UHGV virus genome: UHGV-0332176
Length of the DNA: 64,000 bases
Strand: one strand, 5' to 3'
DNA from: a virus
Made by a program: the position numbers and the translations under genes. Each line of letters opens with the position of its first letter. Positions within the stretch are counted from its first letter, which is position 1. Below, piece by piece: positions 37,400-46,368 of the stretch. A model generated the notes under the pieces. The model searched no databases. It saw only the letters and a list, made by a program, of their open reading frames with translations, and was not told the origin of the DNA.

Positions 37400-37733
37400 A
37401 AAGAAAAATATTTTTAAAAAGATATTGTATTTTATTATAATCGTTGGTACTCTTATTTTAGGATTATCTATTAGTGATGCAAATGCTAAATATGTTATTG
37501 CTTCTCAATATTCTTTTGATACAGACACATTTGCACAAATTTTAGAGATATGTGAAATGAAAGGTTGTCAACTTAAAGGTAATTTGGTTTATAATTCTTA
37601 TGGAAAATATTTACAAGTATTAATGGATTGTCCATACATATTTGATTATGAATATATAACAGAAAAAATGTTTGAATATTGGTCACACGATATAGAAATT
37701 AAATTGCCACAAGATATATCTAAATTTCTATAA
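37389..37733 (+). CDS. hypothetical protein with an N-terminal TM helix (114 aa)
   Basis: Overlapping start; hydrophobic N-terminus. Confidence 0.4.
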   Translation: MLAKKKNIFKKILYFIIIVGTLILGLSISDANAKYVIASQYSFDTDTFAQILEICEMKGCQLKGNLVYNSYGKYLQVLMDCPYIFDYEYITEKMFEYWSHDIEIKLPQDISKFL

Positions 37734-37747
37734 ATATGAATACGAAT

Positions 37748-37833
37748 GGTGGATGTAGTCAAGTTGGTCGAAGACGTTAGATTGTGGCTCTAATACATAA
37801 GAAACATCGTGGGTTCAAATCCCACCATTCACC
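37748..37833 (+). tRNA. tRNA-His(GUG)-like with G-1:C73, an atypical 15-nt variable region, and no clean CCA
   Basis: G-1 + gtggatg / cattcac + C73; anticodon arm ttaga-ttGTGgc-tctaa; T-arm gtggg-ttcaaat-cccac; 15 nt between the anticodon and T-stems; 3' end reads CAC. Confidence 0.35.
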
Positions 37834-37925
37834 CACCTCAATAATGCAATAACCTTTACGAGGTTTGAGGTATAAGTAATTCAATAGTTGGATGAAACTA
37901 ATAATTGCAAAATATTGAAAAATTT

Positions 37926-37999
37926 GGCTCGTTAGGCGAATTGGCATAGCCGTCTGTCTTAGGTACAGAAGTTTGGGGGTTCGAGTCCCTCACGAGCTA
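37926..37999 (+). tRNA. type-I (short variable arm) tRNA with Leu anticodon UAG and Leu-like D-arm; CCA encoded
   Basis: Acceptor ggctcgt/acgagct; D region ggcgaattggcatagcc resembles bacterial tRNA-Leu; anticodon loop ctTAGgt; variable loop only 5 nt. Confidence 0.5.
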
Positions 38000-38006
38000 C
38001 CAATAT

Positions 38007-38080
38007 GGGCAGATGACGGAATTGGTATACGTGCTACACTCAAAATGTAGATTTTGTGAGTTCAAATCTCACTCTGCCTA
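38007..38080 (+). tRNA. type-I tRNA with Leu anticodon CAA; CCA encoded
   Basis: Acceptor gggcaga/tctgcct; anticodon arm ctaca-ctCAAaa-tgtag; 5-nt variable loop; T-arm gtgag-ttcaaat-ctcac. Confidence 0.5.
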
Positions 38081-38244
38081 CCAAGATAAATTAAAATTGT
38101 GGGGAAAAATGAGAACAGTTTATGAATATATAAAAGAATTTATTCTTCAAATTTGTTGGCTTTTTAAATAATTTTGTGGAGAAATAATATGTGCAAAGAG
38201 GAAAATGACATCAAGTAAGTTAATAACTTATAGGAGATGTCAAA

Positions 38245-38556
38245 ATGACAAAAGGAAAAGATGTTCGCATCTATAAATCTTACAAAAAAATAGTTCGCCG
38301 TTATAATCGTGATTCAGGTTATATTGAATTTTACGAAGAAGAAGACCGTTGGGATTTCCCTTTCATTCGTAGAAAAAATGGATATGCTAAACTCAAAAAA
38401 AATAATGTTACTTGTAAAGAATTTGGAGTTAAAGGTGTTCCTAATGAAGATGTTAGCAAATATGACCCTTATAATGATGACCGTGCCAGAGCTTATGCTG
38501 AAGCTAAGAGCTGGAAAAGAAACTCTAAAAGAAAGCATCAATGGAAGGAATTGTAA
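38245..38556 (+). CDS. small basic protein (103 aa)
   Basis: RBS taggagatgtcaaaatg; K/R-rich. Confidence 0.4.
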   Translation: MTKGKDVRIYKSYKKIVRRYNRDSGYIEFYEEEDRWDFPFIRRKNGYAKLKKNNVTCKEFGVKGVPNEDVSKYDPYNDDRARAYAEAKSWKRNSKRKHQWKEL

Positions 38557-38775
38557 TAGCAACATTAAGTAAAGATTCTAAATATTATGATATTTCTAAT
38601 GGTAAGAAAAAATATATAAAATACATAACAAAAAGAAAAGCCAGAAGAAATTTTAAAAAAGGATTGATGGAAATAAATTCTAAAAAATTAGGTTGCCAGT
38701 TATATTACTATGATAGATATTGGTAAATAAAAGAGATTAAAAATATTATTATGTCTAATTTAATTATTATAGGTT

Positions 38776-39066
38776 ATGGAAAATAAAGATAGTTTATTTT
38801 TTCAGATGTACCAGATACAAAATGGTAAAATATTTGATTCAAAGGATTGCATCCTGTTAATGGAATCAAAAGTTTATAAATATCCAGAAGAAAAATGTCC
38901 ATTTTGTAATAGTATATTGGAAGACGGTCATTCAAAAGATTGTATGATGTATGAATATCCAACTATTTCAATCTGGTGGTTTATTTTACCCATATTATTA
39001 CTCATTGCTAGTGGATATATATGGATAAAGTTTAAAATAAATGAATATAAAAAGCGAAAGAAGTAA
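38776..39066 (+). CDS. membrane protein with a CxxC...HxxxC zinc-ribbon-like motif and C-terminal TM helix
   Basis: CPFCNS...HSKDC; hydrophobic ISIWWFILPILLLIASGYIWI. Confidence 0.4.
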   Translation: MENKDSLFFQMYQIQNGKIFDSKDCILLMESKVYKYPEEKCPFCNSILEDGHSKDCMMYEYPTISIWWFILPILLLIASGYIWIKFKINEYKKRKK

Positions 39067-39145
39067 TGTTTTTACAATTAACTTTTTCATTTTTAGTGTA
39101 TTACTGCTTGTGAAAGTCGTATACACTTTTTTTATTATAAAGTTC

Positions 39146-39174
39146 TTGACAAATTGTATCTCCTTGTGTAGAAT
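39146..39174 (+). promoter_or_regulatory. promoter aagttcTTGACA-N17-TGtAGAAT with a 10-bp inverted repeat (ccttgtgtag/ctacacaagg) spanning -10 to the RBS
   Basis: Read directly. The 3' arm contains the RBS aaggag of the 39198 gene. Confidence 0.5.
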
Positions 39175-39197
39175 GACCTACACAAGGAGATTTTTTT

Positions 39198-39641
39198 ATG
39201 TTAAAAACATATGATAAAACAAAATTAGTTTTAAAACCAATGTTTGATACCATTAAAATAGATTGGTATGCAGATGTTTATTATGGTGATACTTGCATCG
39301 GAAGAATTACTGACAGAAATGAAAAAGATATTGGTTATGATATGTATTCTATTAATATTAATGAGCATCAATATGAATGGTTTGACTTTCCAGAAATGAA
39401 TAATGAAAATAAACCTGAATTTGTTTTAGAAGAATATCTTAAACTTTGGAAAGAAATCAATAAAGATATTTTAGAAGTATGTTTAGAACAATTAAATGAA
39501 TTAAATGAACCAACAATAACAGCTCATACTGTTACTAAAATAATGAAAGAAACTGATAGAGGTCTTATACCTGTTAAAGAAGCATTAAGAAAAACAAATG
39601 GCAATATTGAAGAAGCAATTGAAATATTGAAAGGAAATTAA
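39198..39641 (+). CDS. hypothetical protein (147 aa)
   Basis: RBS aaggag inside the leader inverted repeat. Confidence 0.45.
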   Translation: MLKTYDKTKLVLKPMFDTIKIDWYADVYYGDTCIGRITDRNEKDIGYDMYSININEHQYEWFDFPEMNNENKPEFVLEEYLKLWKEINKDILEVCLEQLNELNEPTITAHTVTKIMKETDRGLIPVKEALRKTNGNIEEAIEILKGN

Positions 39642-39645
39642 AACT

Positions 39646-40503
39646 ATGGCAACTTTTAAAAATCCATCTCCAAAAATTATTGTTAGGATAGCAAGAGAAA
39701 AATTATTAGATGAATCAATGAACAATGCAATAGTTTTTCTTATGGATTGTTTAGATGGTATGGATGTTCATACAGCTCGTCAAATTATTTTAGGTAATTG
39801 GAATATTACAGAAGATTTTGACTTAGATGAAACACCTGATAAAGATTGGAAAGAAGAATTATCTAAAAATTTTCAATCAGTTTATAAAGATGGGTCAGAA
39901 AAGAAATTTTTTGAAATTATAAGTATGCCATCTACAAAATTTAGTCAACAATATTTAGATAAATTAAGATATTGTATTGAAAAAGGTAATTTAAATAATT
40001 ATATTGAAGCTGAATGGTTTAAATCTGTTAGTAGAAAGATTACACATCTTGAATTAAAAGAAATTGGAGATGTTTTTAATAGTTCTGTTGTTATTGGATA
40101 TTTAGATATTCCATATGATGAAGATTTACCAGTTCATTCTTTTTCAGAATTTACTGATAAAATTAAAAAAAGACATAATGACATTTATCATAATTTTAGT
40201 TCTGATAATTCTTATTATAAAGAAAATGCTGATATAGAATTTTTTAAATGTTATTGGTTAAATAAAGATGGAAATTTAACAATGGTTGAACATTATTGTC
40301 ACGAAAAGTATTGTGATGAAGTTAAACATATTCCTATTGAAATCTATGAAAAAAATAATGTTCGTATTCATTATATGGATTCATACCCATTAGTCGGTAA
40401 AACTTCATATATTGCATTAACGGAACAAAAACGATATACTGATAAGCAATTAGAAGTATTAATGAAAATGCCGTGGGTTAAACTTGACCCTGAAAAATTA
40501 TAA
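39646..40503 (+). CDS. hypothetical protein (285 aa)
   Basis: RBS aaaggaaattaaaactatg. Confidence 0.45.
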   Translation: MATFKNPSPKIIVRIAREKLLDESMNNAIVFLMDCLDGMDVHTARQIILGNWNITEDFDLDETPDKDWKEELSKNFQSVYKDGSEKKFFEIISMPSTKFSQQYLDKLRYCIEKGNLNNYIEAEWFKSVSRKITHLELKEIGDVFNSSVVIGYLDIPYDEDLPVHSFSEFTDKIKKRHNDIYHNFSSDNSYYKENADIEFFKCYWLNKDGNLTMVEHYCHEKYCDEVKHIPIEIYEKNNVRIHYMDSYPLVGKTSYIALTEQKRYTDKQLEVLMKMPWVKLDPEKL

Positions 40504-40514
40504 AAGGTGATTAA

Positions 40515-40778
40515 ATGGTTAAAATTGAAGTCGGAAAATGTTATCTTGCAAGAGATGGAAGAAAATGTTTTGTTTATTCTAAACCAAAATGTTTAGTTGA
40601 TACTTTTTTATTTGCAAGAGTAGAATATGATACTGATGAATTATGGGAAAATAAATTACACCATAATCATTATATGTGTAATTCTAATGGACTTATTTAT
40701 AAAGATGGATTTGATGAAAATGACCAAGAAATAATGGAAATTTTATCTTGGTTTGATTTAGTTAAGGAATGTGATTAA
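40515..40778 (+). CDS. hypothetical protein (87 aa)
   Basis: RBS aaaaggtg. Confidence 0.4.
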   Translation: MVKIEVGKCYLARDGRKCFVYSKPKCLVDTFLFARVEYDTDELWENKLHHNHYMCNSNGLIYKDGFDENDQEIMEILSWFDLVKECD

Positions 40779-40948
40779 TGACAAAATATAAATGTATATA
40801 TGGTTTTACAGAAAAAATAATTGAAGCATCTGATGAAGATGAAGCCAGAGATGAATTTGCATATAATTTTATTGAAAATGAAGATGAAATAAATGATTTT
40901 TTATTACAAGATATAAAATTTTGTACAAAAGTTGAGGAATGCGAATAA
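40778..40948 (+). CDS. small acidic protein (56 aa), not in the ORF track
   Basis: ATG overlaps the previous stop (TAATG); ends TAA at 40946. Confidence 0.3.
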   Translation: MTKYKCIYGFTEKIIEASDEDEARDEFAYNFIENEDEINDFLLQDIKFCTKVEECE

Positions 40949-41424
40949 TGTATAAATGGGAAATGAATATTATTAATGATTTTAATAATGAAAAATATAA
41001 ATGGTTATCTAATTTTTATCCTTCAAAATTTATTGCTAATGGTAAGGAATTTTGTAGTGTTGAACAATATTACCAATATGAAAAAGCAATAGAATTTAAT
41101 GATTTTGAAACTGCTGATAAAATTCTTAATACTTCTTCACCAGGTAAAGCTAAATCATTAGGTCGAGATGTTAAAAATTTTGATGATTTAGTATGGAATA
41201 AGTATAAAATTAATATAATGAAAGATGGATTATATGCTAAATTTACACAAAATTCTGAATTATATAATTTATTATTATCAACAGGTTCTTCTATAATAAT
41301 TGAAGGTAATCTATGGCAAGATACTTTTTGGGGTGTTGTAAATGGTGAAGGGCAGAATAATTTAGGATTACTATTAATGTTATTGAGAAATGAATTAAGA
41401 ATGTTAAAGGAAAATGAATGTTAA
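40948..41424 (+). CDS. NADAR-domain (YbiA-like) protein, candidate ADP-ribose/N-glycoside hydrolase (track start 40939; ATG 40948 preferred)
   Basis: Motifs SNFYPS..F, EQYYQYEKA, GKAKSLGRDV, KFTQN..L...LL.TG...IIEG...D.FWGVV..G.G.N.LG..LM..R match the NADAR consensus. Confidence 0.55.
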   Translation: MYKWEMNIINDFNNEKYKWLSNFYPSKFIANGKEFCSVEQYYQYEKAIEFNDFETADKILNTSSPGKAKSLGRDVKNFDDLVWNKYKINIMKDGLYAKFTQNSELYNLLLSTGSSIIIEGNLWQDTFWGVVNGEGQNNLGLLLMLLRNELRMLKENEC

Positions 41425-41702
41425 AAGACGAATTTTTAATACATTATAAACAATTATATAATTGTAAATGGTATCATTACATTTATTATTGGTTTTATAA
41501 TTTTTGGCAGTTGCTAAATTTTAAACATAAGCAATGTGTAACCATCTATCTTTGTCTTAAAGAAGATGAGCCATCTTCTGAAATGTTTTATGCCCCATAT
41601 ATTCCAATAGCAACAAATGATTTAAAAAAGGAATTACCAAAAGGAGTAATAAAGATAAACGATTGTTTTACAACAGATGAAAATGGTAGAGTATTGTATT
41701 AA
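41418..41702 (+). CDS. small protein, KWYH(Y/F)IYYWFYN motif family (paralog of 42716..43045)
   Basis: Motif shared with the 42716 ORF, with DNA-level similarity. Confidence 0.4.
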   Translation: MLKDEFLIHYKQLYNCKWYHYIYYWFYNFWQLLNFKHKQCVTIYLCLKEDEPSSEMFYAPYIPIATNDLKKELPKGVIKINDCFTTDENGRVLY

Positions 41703-41713
41703 AGGAAGACATA

Positions 41714-42280
41714 ATGAAAAATAATTTAGAAGATTTAATTGAACAGCATAATTTATTAAAAGAGCATCCATTTAGATTAGGTAATGATGAAAAATATCTT
41801 GGAAATTATGCCACAGAATTTCAATCATTTTATAAAAATGTATATGAATATTTAAAAAATGGTAAAACTTATACTGAAGCATATAATGATAAAAAATTTC
41901 AAGCTATGAGTAATATGTATCACGATTTTATGAAAATAACAAGTGATTTAAGGCATCGTATTAATGATATACCATTAGAAAAGAAAACAAATATTATTTT
42001 ATATTTAGAAATGATTTTAGGGTCTATTCATTTTTATTTGGATAATGGTTATTTTAAATCATATTATACATTTTCAGTATTAGAACCTAATAAGTATATG
42101 GTTTATGAATTTAAATATAGTAATAGAAATAAGTGGTCATTATATATGCCGAAAGATAAATTAAAAAAGACTTTAGATTATTATCTTGCTAAACCTCACG
42201 AAGATAACATTTATACATATATTGTTGAATATTATCAAGATTTATATGATAATTATGAAAAGGATTGGAAAGATGAGTGA
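41714..42280 (+). CDS. hypothetical protein (188 aa)
   Basis: RBS aaggaagacataatg. Confidence 0.45.
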   Translation: MKNNLEDLIEQHNLLKEHPFRLGNDEKYLGNYATEFQSFYKNVYEYLKNGKTYTEAYNDKKFQAMSNMYHDFMKITSDLRHRINDIPLEKKTNIILYLEMILGSIHFYLDNGYFKSYYTFSVLEPNKYMVYEFKYSNRNKWSLYMPKDKLKKTLDYYLAKPHEDNIYTYIVEYYQDLYDNYEKDWKDE

Positions 42281-42713
42281 TTATGAAATAATTAAACAAA
42301 TTATGAAACCATTTATGTCAAGAATTCATAAAGGATTAATAGCTGAAACATTAATTTCTGTAAATAAAATTAATGGTTCTATGACCGACTTATTAGCTCC
42401 CCAAATTATTCCAACTTACTATCAACAAATTCTTGATGATATAAAATTATATAAGAATAATATTCAAGTAATATTTTATGATGAAAGAAGTAATAGTATT
42501 AAAGGTTATATTGATTTAAAAAATTATAAAACTTATACAACAGAAGTTGAAGTAATTAAAGAAAAATATTTTAAACAATATAAACAAGATTTAAAATATA
42601 TCAATATTGTTTGTAATAAATTTAATGCTAAATCAGAATTTACAATAGACCGATTACATTCATCTATAATGGGTTGGAGTAATACAATTAATTTTGAAAT
42701 CAAAGGAAATTAA
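42273..42713 (+). CDS. hypothetical protein (track 42186 start trimmed to ATG 42273, MSDYEII)
   Basis: RBS aaaaggattggaaag before ATG 42273; 8-nt overlap with the previous gene. Confidence 0.4.
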   Translation: MSDYEIIKQIMKPFMSRIHKGLIAETLISVNKINGSMTDLLAPQIIPTYYQQILDDIKLYKNNIQVIFYDERSNSIKGYIDLKNYKTYTTEVEVIKEKYFKQYKQDLKYINIVCNKFNAKSEFTIDRLHSSIMGWSNTINFEIKGN

Positions 42714-42715
42714 AA

Positions 42716-43045
42716 ATGGATTTTAAAGAATTTCAAACAATAGAATTTAAATGGAATAGTAAATGGTATCATTTCATTTACTATTGGTTTTATAATCGTT
42801 GGCAAAAATATATTAAAAAATCTAATAAATGGATTGGTTGTTGCAGAGGTGATGCTTCCCGACCATTAAAAACAAAATATACAGTTGAATTTATTAATGA
42901 TATTACTAAAAATCAAGTTTGTGAAATAGATAATCAGTTAGTAGATAATTTAGCAATAGATTTACAAAAATCTATTGATGATGCTATTAAAGATAGATTA
43001 AATATAACAGATAATTGTAAAAATTTAAAAATAAAGGAAAAATAA
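42716..43045 (+). CDS. small protein, KWYHFIYYWFYN motif family
   Basis: Paralog of 41418..41702. Confidence 0.4.
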   Translation: MDFKEFQTIEFKWNSKWYHFIYYWFYNRWQKYIKKSNKWIGCCRGDASRPLKTKYTVEFINDITKNQVCEIDNQLVDNLAIDLQKSIDDAIKDRLNITDNCKNLKIKEK

Positions 43046-43278
43046 TGAATTACTTAAATATTAAAATGCCTTATCCAATGCCAGATGATTATAATATAGA
43101 ATTGGAAATTGGTGATTATATTGTTAAAGATAAAAATGGTGAATTCTTTATTGATAGTTGGGTAGATAATATAATGGGATTTTATTGTTGGGAATTGGAT
43201 GCCTTATCAGAAATCGTATGTAAATTACCTTCTTGTGAAGAATTACTTAAAATTTTGGAGAAAGAATATGCAGAATAA
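43045..43278 (+). CDS. hypothetical protein (77 aa)
   Basis: ATG overlaps the previous stop. Confidence 0.4.
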   Translation: MNYLNIKMPYPMPDDYNIELEIGDYIVKDKNGEFFIDSWVDNIMGFYCWELDALSEIVCKLPSCEELLKILEKEYAE

Positions 43279-43717
43279 AATTTTAGATGAATATAAAAAA
43301 GCTGTCAAAGAAAATGATTTTTGGAGAAAGAAAGTTTTAACTACTTTACGCTCTGAAATTAAAAATATGGAAATTATGCTTCGTCCAAAAAATTTAACAC
43401 CAACTGATGCAGATATTCTTTGTGTTATTCAAAAAATTATTAAACAAGATAAAGAAGCACTTGGTATGTTTATTGAAAGTGGACGACAAGATTTGATTGA
43501 TGCAACTAATACTGAAATTACAATTCTTGAAGAATTTTTACCAACACAATTAACAAATGATGAAATTGATAATATCATCAAACAAGAAATTGAAAATAAT
43601 AGCTATTCATCAATGAAAGATATGGGCAAATTGATGGGATATTTTAAGAATAATTATTCTGGTCAATGTGATATGGGATATGTATCTAAGAAAATTAAGG
43701 AGATGTTAAATGGATAA
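43268..43717 (+). CDS. GatB/YqeY-domain protein (track 43199 start trimmed to ATG 43268, MQNKILDEY)
   Basis: YqeY-like pattern ...LR.EI...E.....PTDADIL.VIQKIIKQ..EA...F.E.GR.DLIDA...EI.ILEEFLP.QL...EI...... Confidence 0.45.
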   Translation: MQNKILDEYKKAVKENDFWRKKVLTTLRSEIKNMEIMLRPKNLTPTDADILCVIQKIIKQDKEALGMFIESGRQDLIDATNTEITILEEFLPTQLTNDEIDNIIKQEIENNSYSSMKDMGKLMGYFKNNYSGQCDMGYVSKKIKEMLNG

Positions 43718-43967
43718 TATATTTGCAGGATTATCTAAAAAGCAAATATTATTAATATTGATGATGGCATATAAATGTAGTACATTAGTATCTCCATTAG
43801 ATATGAAAAAAATTTACAATATTTCTTATGATAGAAATTTTTCAGAATTTTTAAAAGATTTATGTTATAAAATTGATAATAATGAAATAATGAATATTGA
43901 TAATGATTATTTTTATTCAAAAGTTTTAAATAATTTAGAAAATGAATTAATAAATGAGGAAAAATAA
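43710..43967 (+). CDS. hypothetical protein (85 aa)
   Basis: Overlapping start. Confidence 0.35.
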   Translation: MDNIFAGLSKKQILLILMMAYKCSTLVSPLDMKKIYNISYDRNFSEFLKDLCYKIDNNEIMNIDNDYFYSKVLNNLENELINEEK

Positions 43968-44454
43968 AATGTTTAAACTAATCGGTAATACTATTGATAA
44001 AATGATGTCAAGTTTTGATAAATGTTTCGATAAATTCGATAAATTGGATAAATGTATAGATAAATTTGAAAGTAATTTTGCAGGTGGTACATTTACAAAT
44101 TGTAACTTTAAAAGTTTTAGAATTTCAAGTAAAGAAAAAAATAATATTCAAATTGGTAATAAAACGTATAATGGTAAAAATATTAGAGGTGTTAATAATA
44201 AAATTATTATTGATGATAATATTGTGCTTGATTCTTCTGAAATTCCTATAATTATTATTAATAGTGATGTTGATGGTATAGATGCCACTTCTGTAATAGT
44301 TAATGGTAATGTTAATGGAGATATTGATTGTACATCTATTAAAGTAGCTGGAAATGTAAAAGGTGATATAGATGGTACAAATGTTACTATTGAAGGAAAT
44401 TATGAAGGCAATATTGATGGACTAAATGTTACAATTAATAACAAAGGAAAATAA
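43954..44454 (+). CDS. repeat protein with tandem (V/I)xGNVxGDIDGTNV units, beta-helix/bactofilin-like
   Basis: C-terminal half is built of about 11-aa repeats, with corresponding DNA repeats at 44280..44440. Confidence 0.35.
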   Translation: MRKNKMFKLIGNTIDKMMSSFDKCFDKFDKLDKCIDKFESNFAGGTFTNCNFKSFRISSKEKNNIQIGNKTYNGKNIRGVNNKIIIDDNIVLDSSEIPIIIINSDVDGIDATSVIVNGNVNGDIDCTSIKVAGNVKGDIDGTNVTIEGNYEGNIDGLNVTINNKGK

Positions 44455-44669
44455 TGAAAAACGAAAGTTGTATAATATCAGATGTTCTTGATTGTGATGG
44501 TTTATATCAAGTAACATATAATAGAAAATGCAATAATTGTGATTATCAGGAATTAAAAGATAGAAAATTTGTTCAAGTTTTAAAAAACGGAATTACTCAA
44601 GATATTGATAATTGGCATTGTCCGAAATGTAATATATTAAATATGACTCAAATTACTGTTGATAAATAA
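44454..44669 (+). CDS. small Zn-ribbon protein (CNNCDY...CPKC)
   Basis: Two CxxC pairs. Confidence 0.35.
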   Translation: MKNESCIISDVLDCDGLYQVTYNRKCNNCDYQELKDRKFVQVLKNGITQDIDNWHCPKCNILNMTQITVDK

Positions 44670-44699
44670 ATGAAACATATTAAGTAAAAGGAGTCTAAA

Positions 44700-44987
44700 A
44701 TGACATTTAAAGAAATTTGGTCATCATTTTGTGATAAAACAAAAGAACAAGGAATCAAGGCTTGGGAAGGTATTAAACAAGTTTGTTCATCATCTTTTTC
44801 AATATTAAAAAATACTGTAATTGGATTTTTTACAGGTATATATAATTGGTTAGTTGATATTATTACTGGTGTTGGTAAAGTTGTAATTGCATTAGTATCT
44901 TTTGTTTTTTCAGCATTAGGTTCAGCTATTTTTGCAACATTAAAATTATGTTTAGATAAATTAATTGAATGGGTTACTAAATGGTAA
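44700..44987 (+). CDS. small membrane protein (95 aa)
   Basis: Two hydrophobic helices; RBS aaaggag. Confidence 0.4.
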   Translation: MTFKEIWSSFCDKTKEQGIKAWEGIKQVCSSSFSILKNTVIGFFTGIYNWLVDIITGVGKVVIALVSFVFSALGSAIFATLKLCLDKLIEWVTKW

Positions 44988-45053
44988 TATAATTTAAATT
45001 AGACTAATCTATACTATATAAATAAATGCATAATAAGAGAAAGGATTTTTATT

Positions 45054-45722
45054 ATGCATTTTTTATTTTCAACAATAAGTGGATTTATTGAATCAATCTG
45101 GCGTAGATGGTATGGTGGTTGGGTAGAAGGAACAATGGAAAATAAGTTACCTAAATGGTTATATAAATTTTTATCTTCTCGTGGAACACAAACCATTTTT
45201 AATTTAATATTTTTATTTGGCATTTTTATGCTTAATCCAATATGGACAGCAACTCCATTATGTAATTGGTTAATTACTCACAGTATTGCAGATTGGTGTA
45301 TTGCATCAATTATGTCAATTATTATTCAATTTGAATTTTGGAGTAGAGGACACGGACCTGCTTTTGATGAAGGACGGGGTATTCCAACACAAGAAACCAT
45401 TGAAAGATACCAAAAAGTATGGTGGGTATTTATTCCTAATAAATTAATTCCTGAAGAACATTGGTATGGATTTTTATATGATTTCATATGGATGTGGACA
45501 AGATATACAATTGGTTTATTTTTAATGATACCATTTTTATGGTCATTTAACATTCTTTGGTTAGGATTAATCGCAACAAGTATATATGCATTGTGTTGGA
45601 CATTATATGAAAGAGAATCTTGGATATTTCCATTAATTCCTTGGCAAATGGCATCTGTTTCTACACAATTAGCTGAATTATTAGTTGGATTTATTGTAGG
45701 CTTTTGGTTAATGTGGTTTTAA
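45054..45722 (+). CDS. Trp-rich polytopic membrane protein (222 aa)
   Basis: At least four hydrophobic segments; many W residues. Confidence 0.45.
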   Translation: MHFLFSTISGFIESIWRRWYGGWVEGTMENKLPKWLYKFLSSRGTQTIFNLIFLFGIFMLNPIWTATPLCNWLITHSIADWCIASIMSIIIQFEFWSRGHGPAFDEGRGIPTQETIERYQKVWWVFIPNKLIPEEHWYGFLYDFIWMWTRYTIGLFLMIPFLWSFNILWLGLIATSIYALCWTLYERESWIFPLIPWQMASVSTQLAELLVGFIVGFWLMWF

Positions 45723-45744
45723 ATTAAACACTTGACTAATAATT

Positions 45745-45778
45745 AAAACTGGAATATAATAATTCCAGTTTTATTTTT
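45745..45778 (+). terminator. rho-independent terminator (aaactggaat...attccagttt + T-run)
   Basis: Read directly. Confidence 0.55.
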
Positions 45779-45789
45779 ATGAGGGTTTT

Positions 45790-46332
45790 ATGGAAGAATG
45801 GAAAGATATAAAAGGATATGAAGGTTTATATTTAATTAGTAGTTATGGTCGTTGTAAAACAACAAATTTTAGACCTGGTTATGGTCGTATACCAGAAAGT
45901 TCAGAATGTATTTTAAAAATTGAAAATCCTGATTATCATCAAGGATATGCTCTTGTATCATTATCTAAAAATGGAAAAAAGAAAAAATTTAGAATACATA
46001 GATTAGTTGCTGAAGCATTTATTCCAAATCCTAATAATTATCCGTGTGTTAATCATATTGATGGAAACAAATTAAATAATAATGTTAATAATTTAGAATG
46101 GTGTACAGAAAAGCAGAATATGGAACACGCTGCTAAATTTAATTTAGTTAATCGTGGAAAACGGCAATATGTTAAACAATTAACATTAGATGGTAAATTA
46201 ATAAAAATTCATAAATCAATCAGAGAAGCATCTCGTGAAACAAATATTTGTAGAGATTCTATTACTAAATGTTTAAAAGGTAAGCAAAAACAATGTGGTA
46301 ATTTTAAATGGGAATATGTAGAAAATAAATAA
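45790..46332 (+). CDS. free-standing HNH homing endonuclease (NUMOD4 + HNH_3 + C-terminal IENR/NUMOD1-like HTH)
   Basis: WKDIKGYEGLYLISSYGRC (NUMOD4); HRLVAEAFIPNPNNYPCVNHIDGNKLNNNVNNLEW (HNH_3); IHKSIREASRETNICRDSITKCLKG. Confidence 0.6.
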   Translation: MEEWKDIKGYEGLYLISSYGRCKTTNFRPGYGRIPESSECILKIENPDYHQGYALVSLSKNGKKKKFRIHRLVAEAFIPNPNNYPCVNHIDGNKLNNNVNNLEWCTEKQNMEHAAKFNLVNRGKRQYVKQLTLDGKLIKIHKSIREASRETNICRDSITKCLKGKQKQCGNFKWEYVENK

Positions 46333-46340
46333 TTTTTCTC

Positions 46341-46368
46341 TTGACAAATAAAAAATATATCTTATATT
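46341..46368 (+). promoter_or_regulatory. promoter TTGACA-N16-TATATT, followed by the conserved palindromic element tatcaaggcaatttgataag (46373..46392)
   Basis: Same promoter+element architecture as 11026..11079. Confidence 0.5.

Noticed and set aside
38309-38572. Alternative-frame ORFs overlapping 38245..38556 on both strands
   Set aside because: Nested in a better-supported ORF with an RBS.
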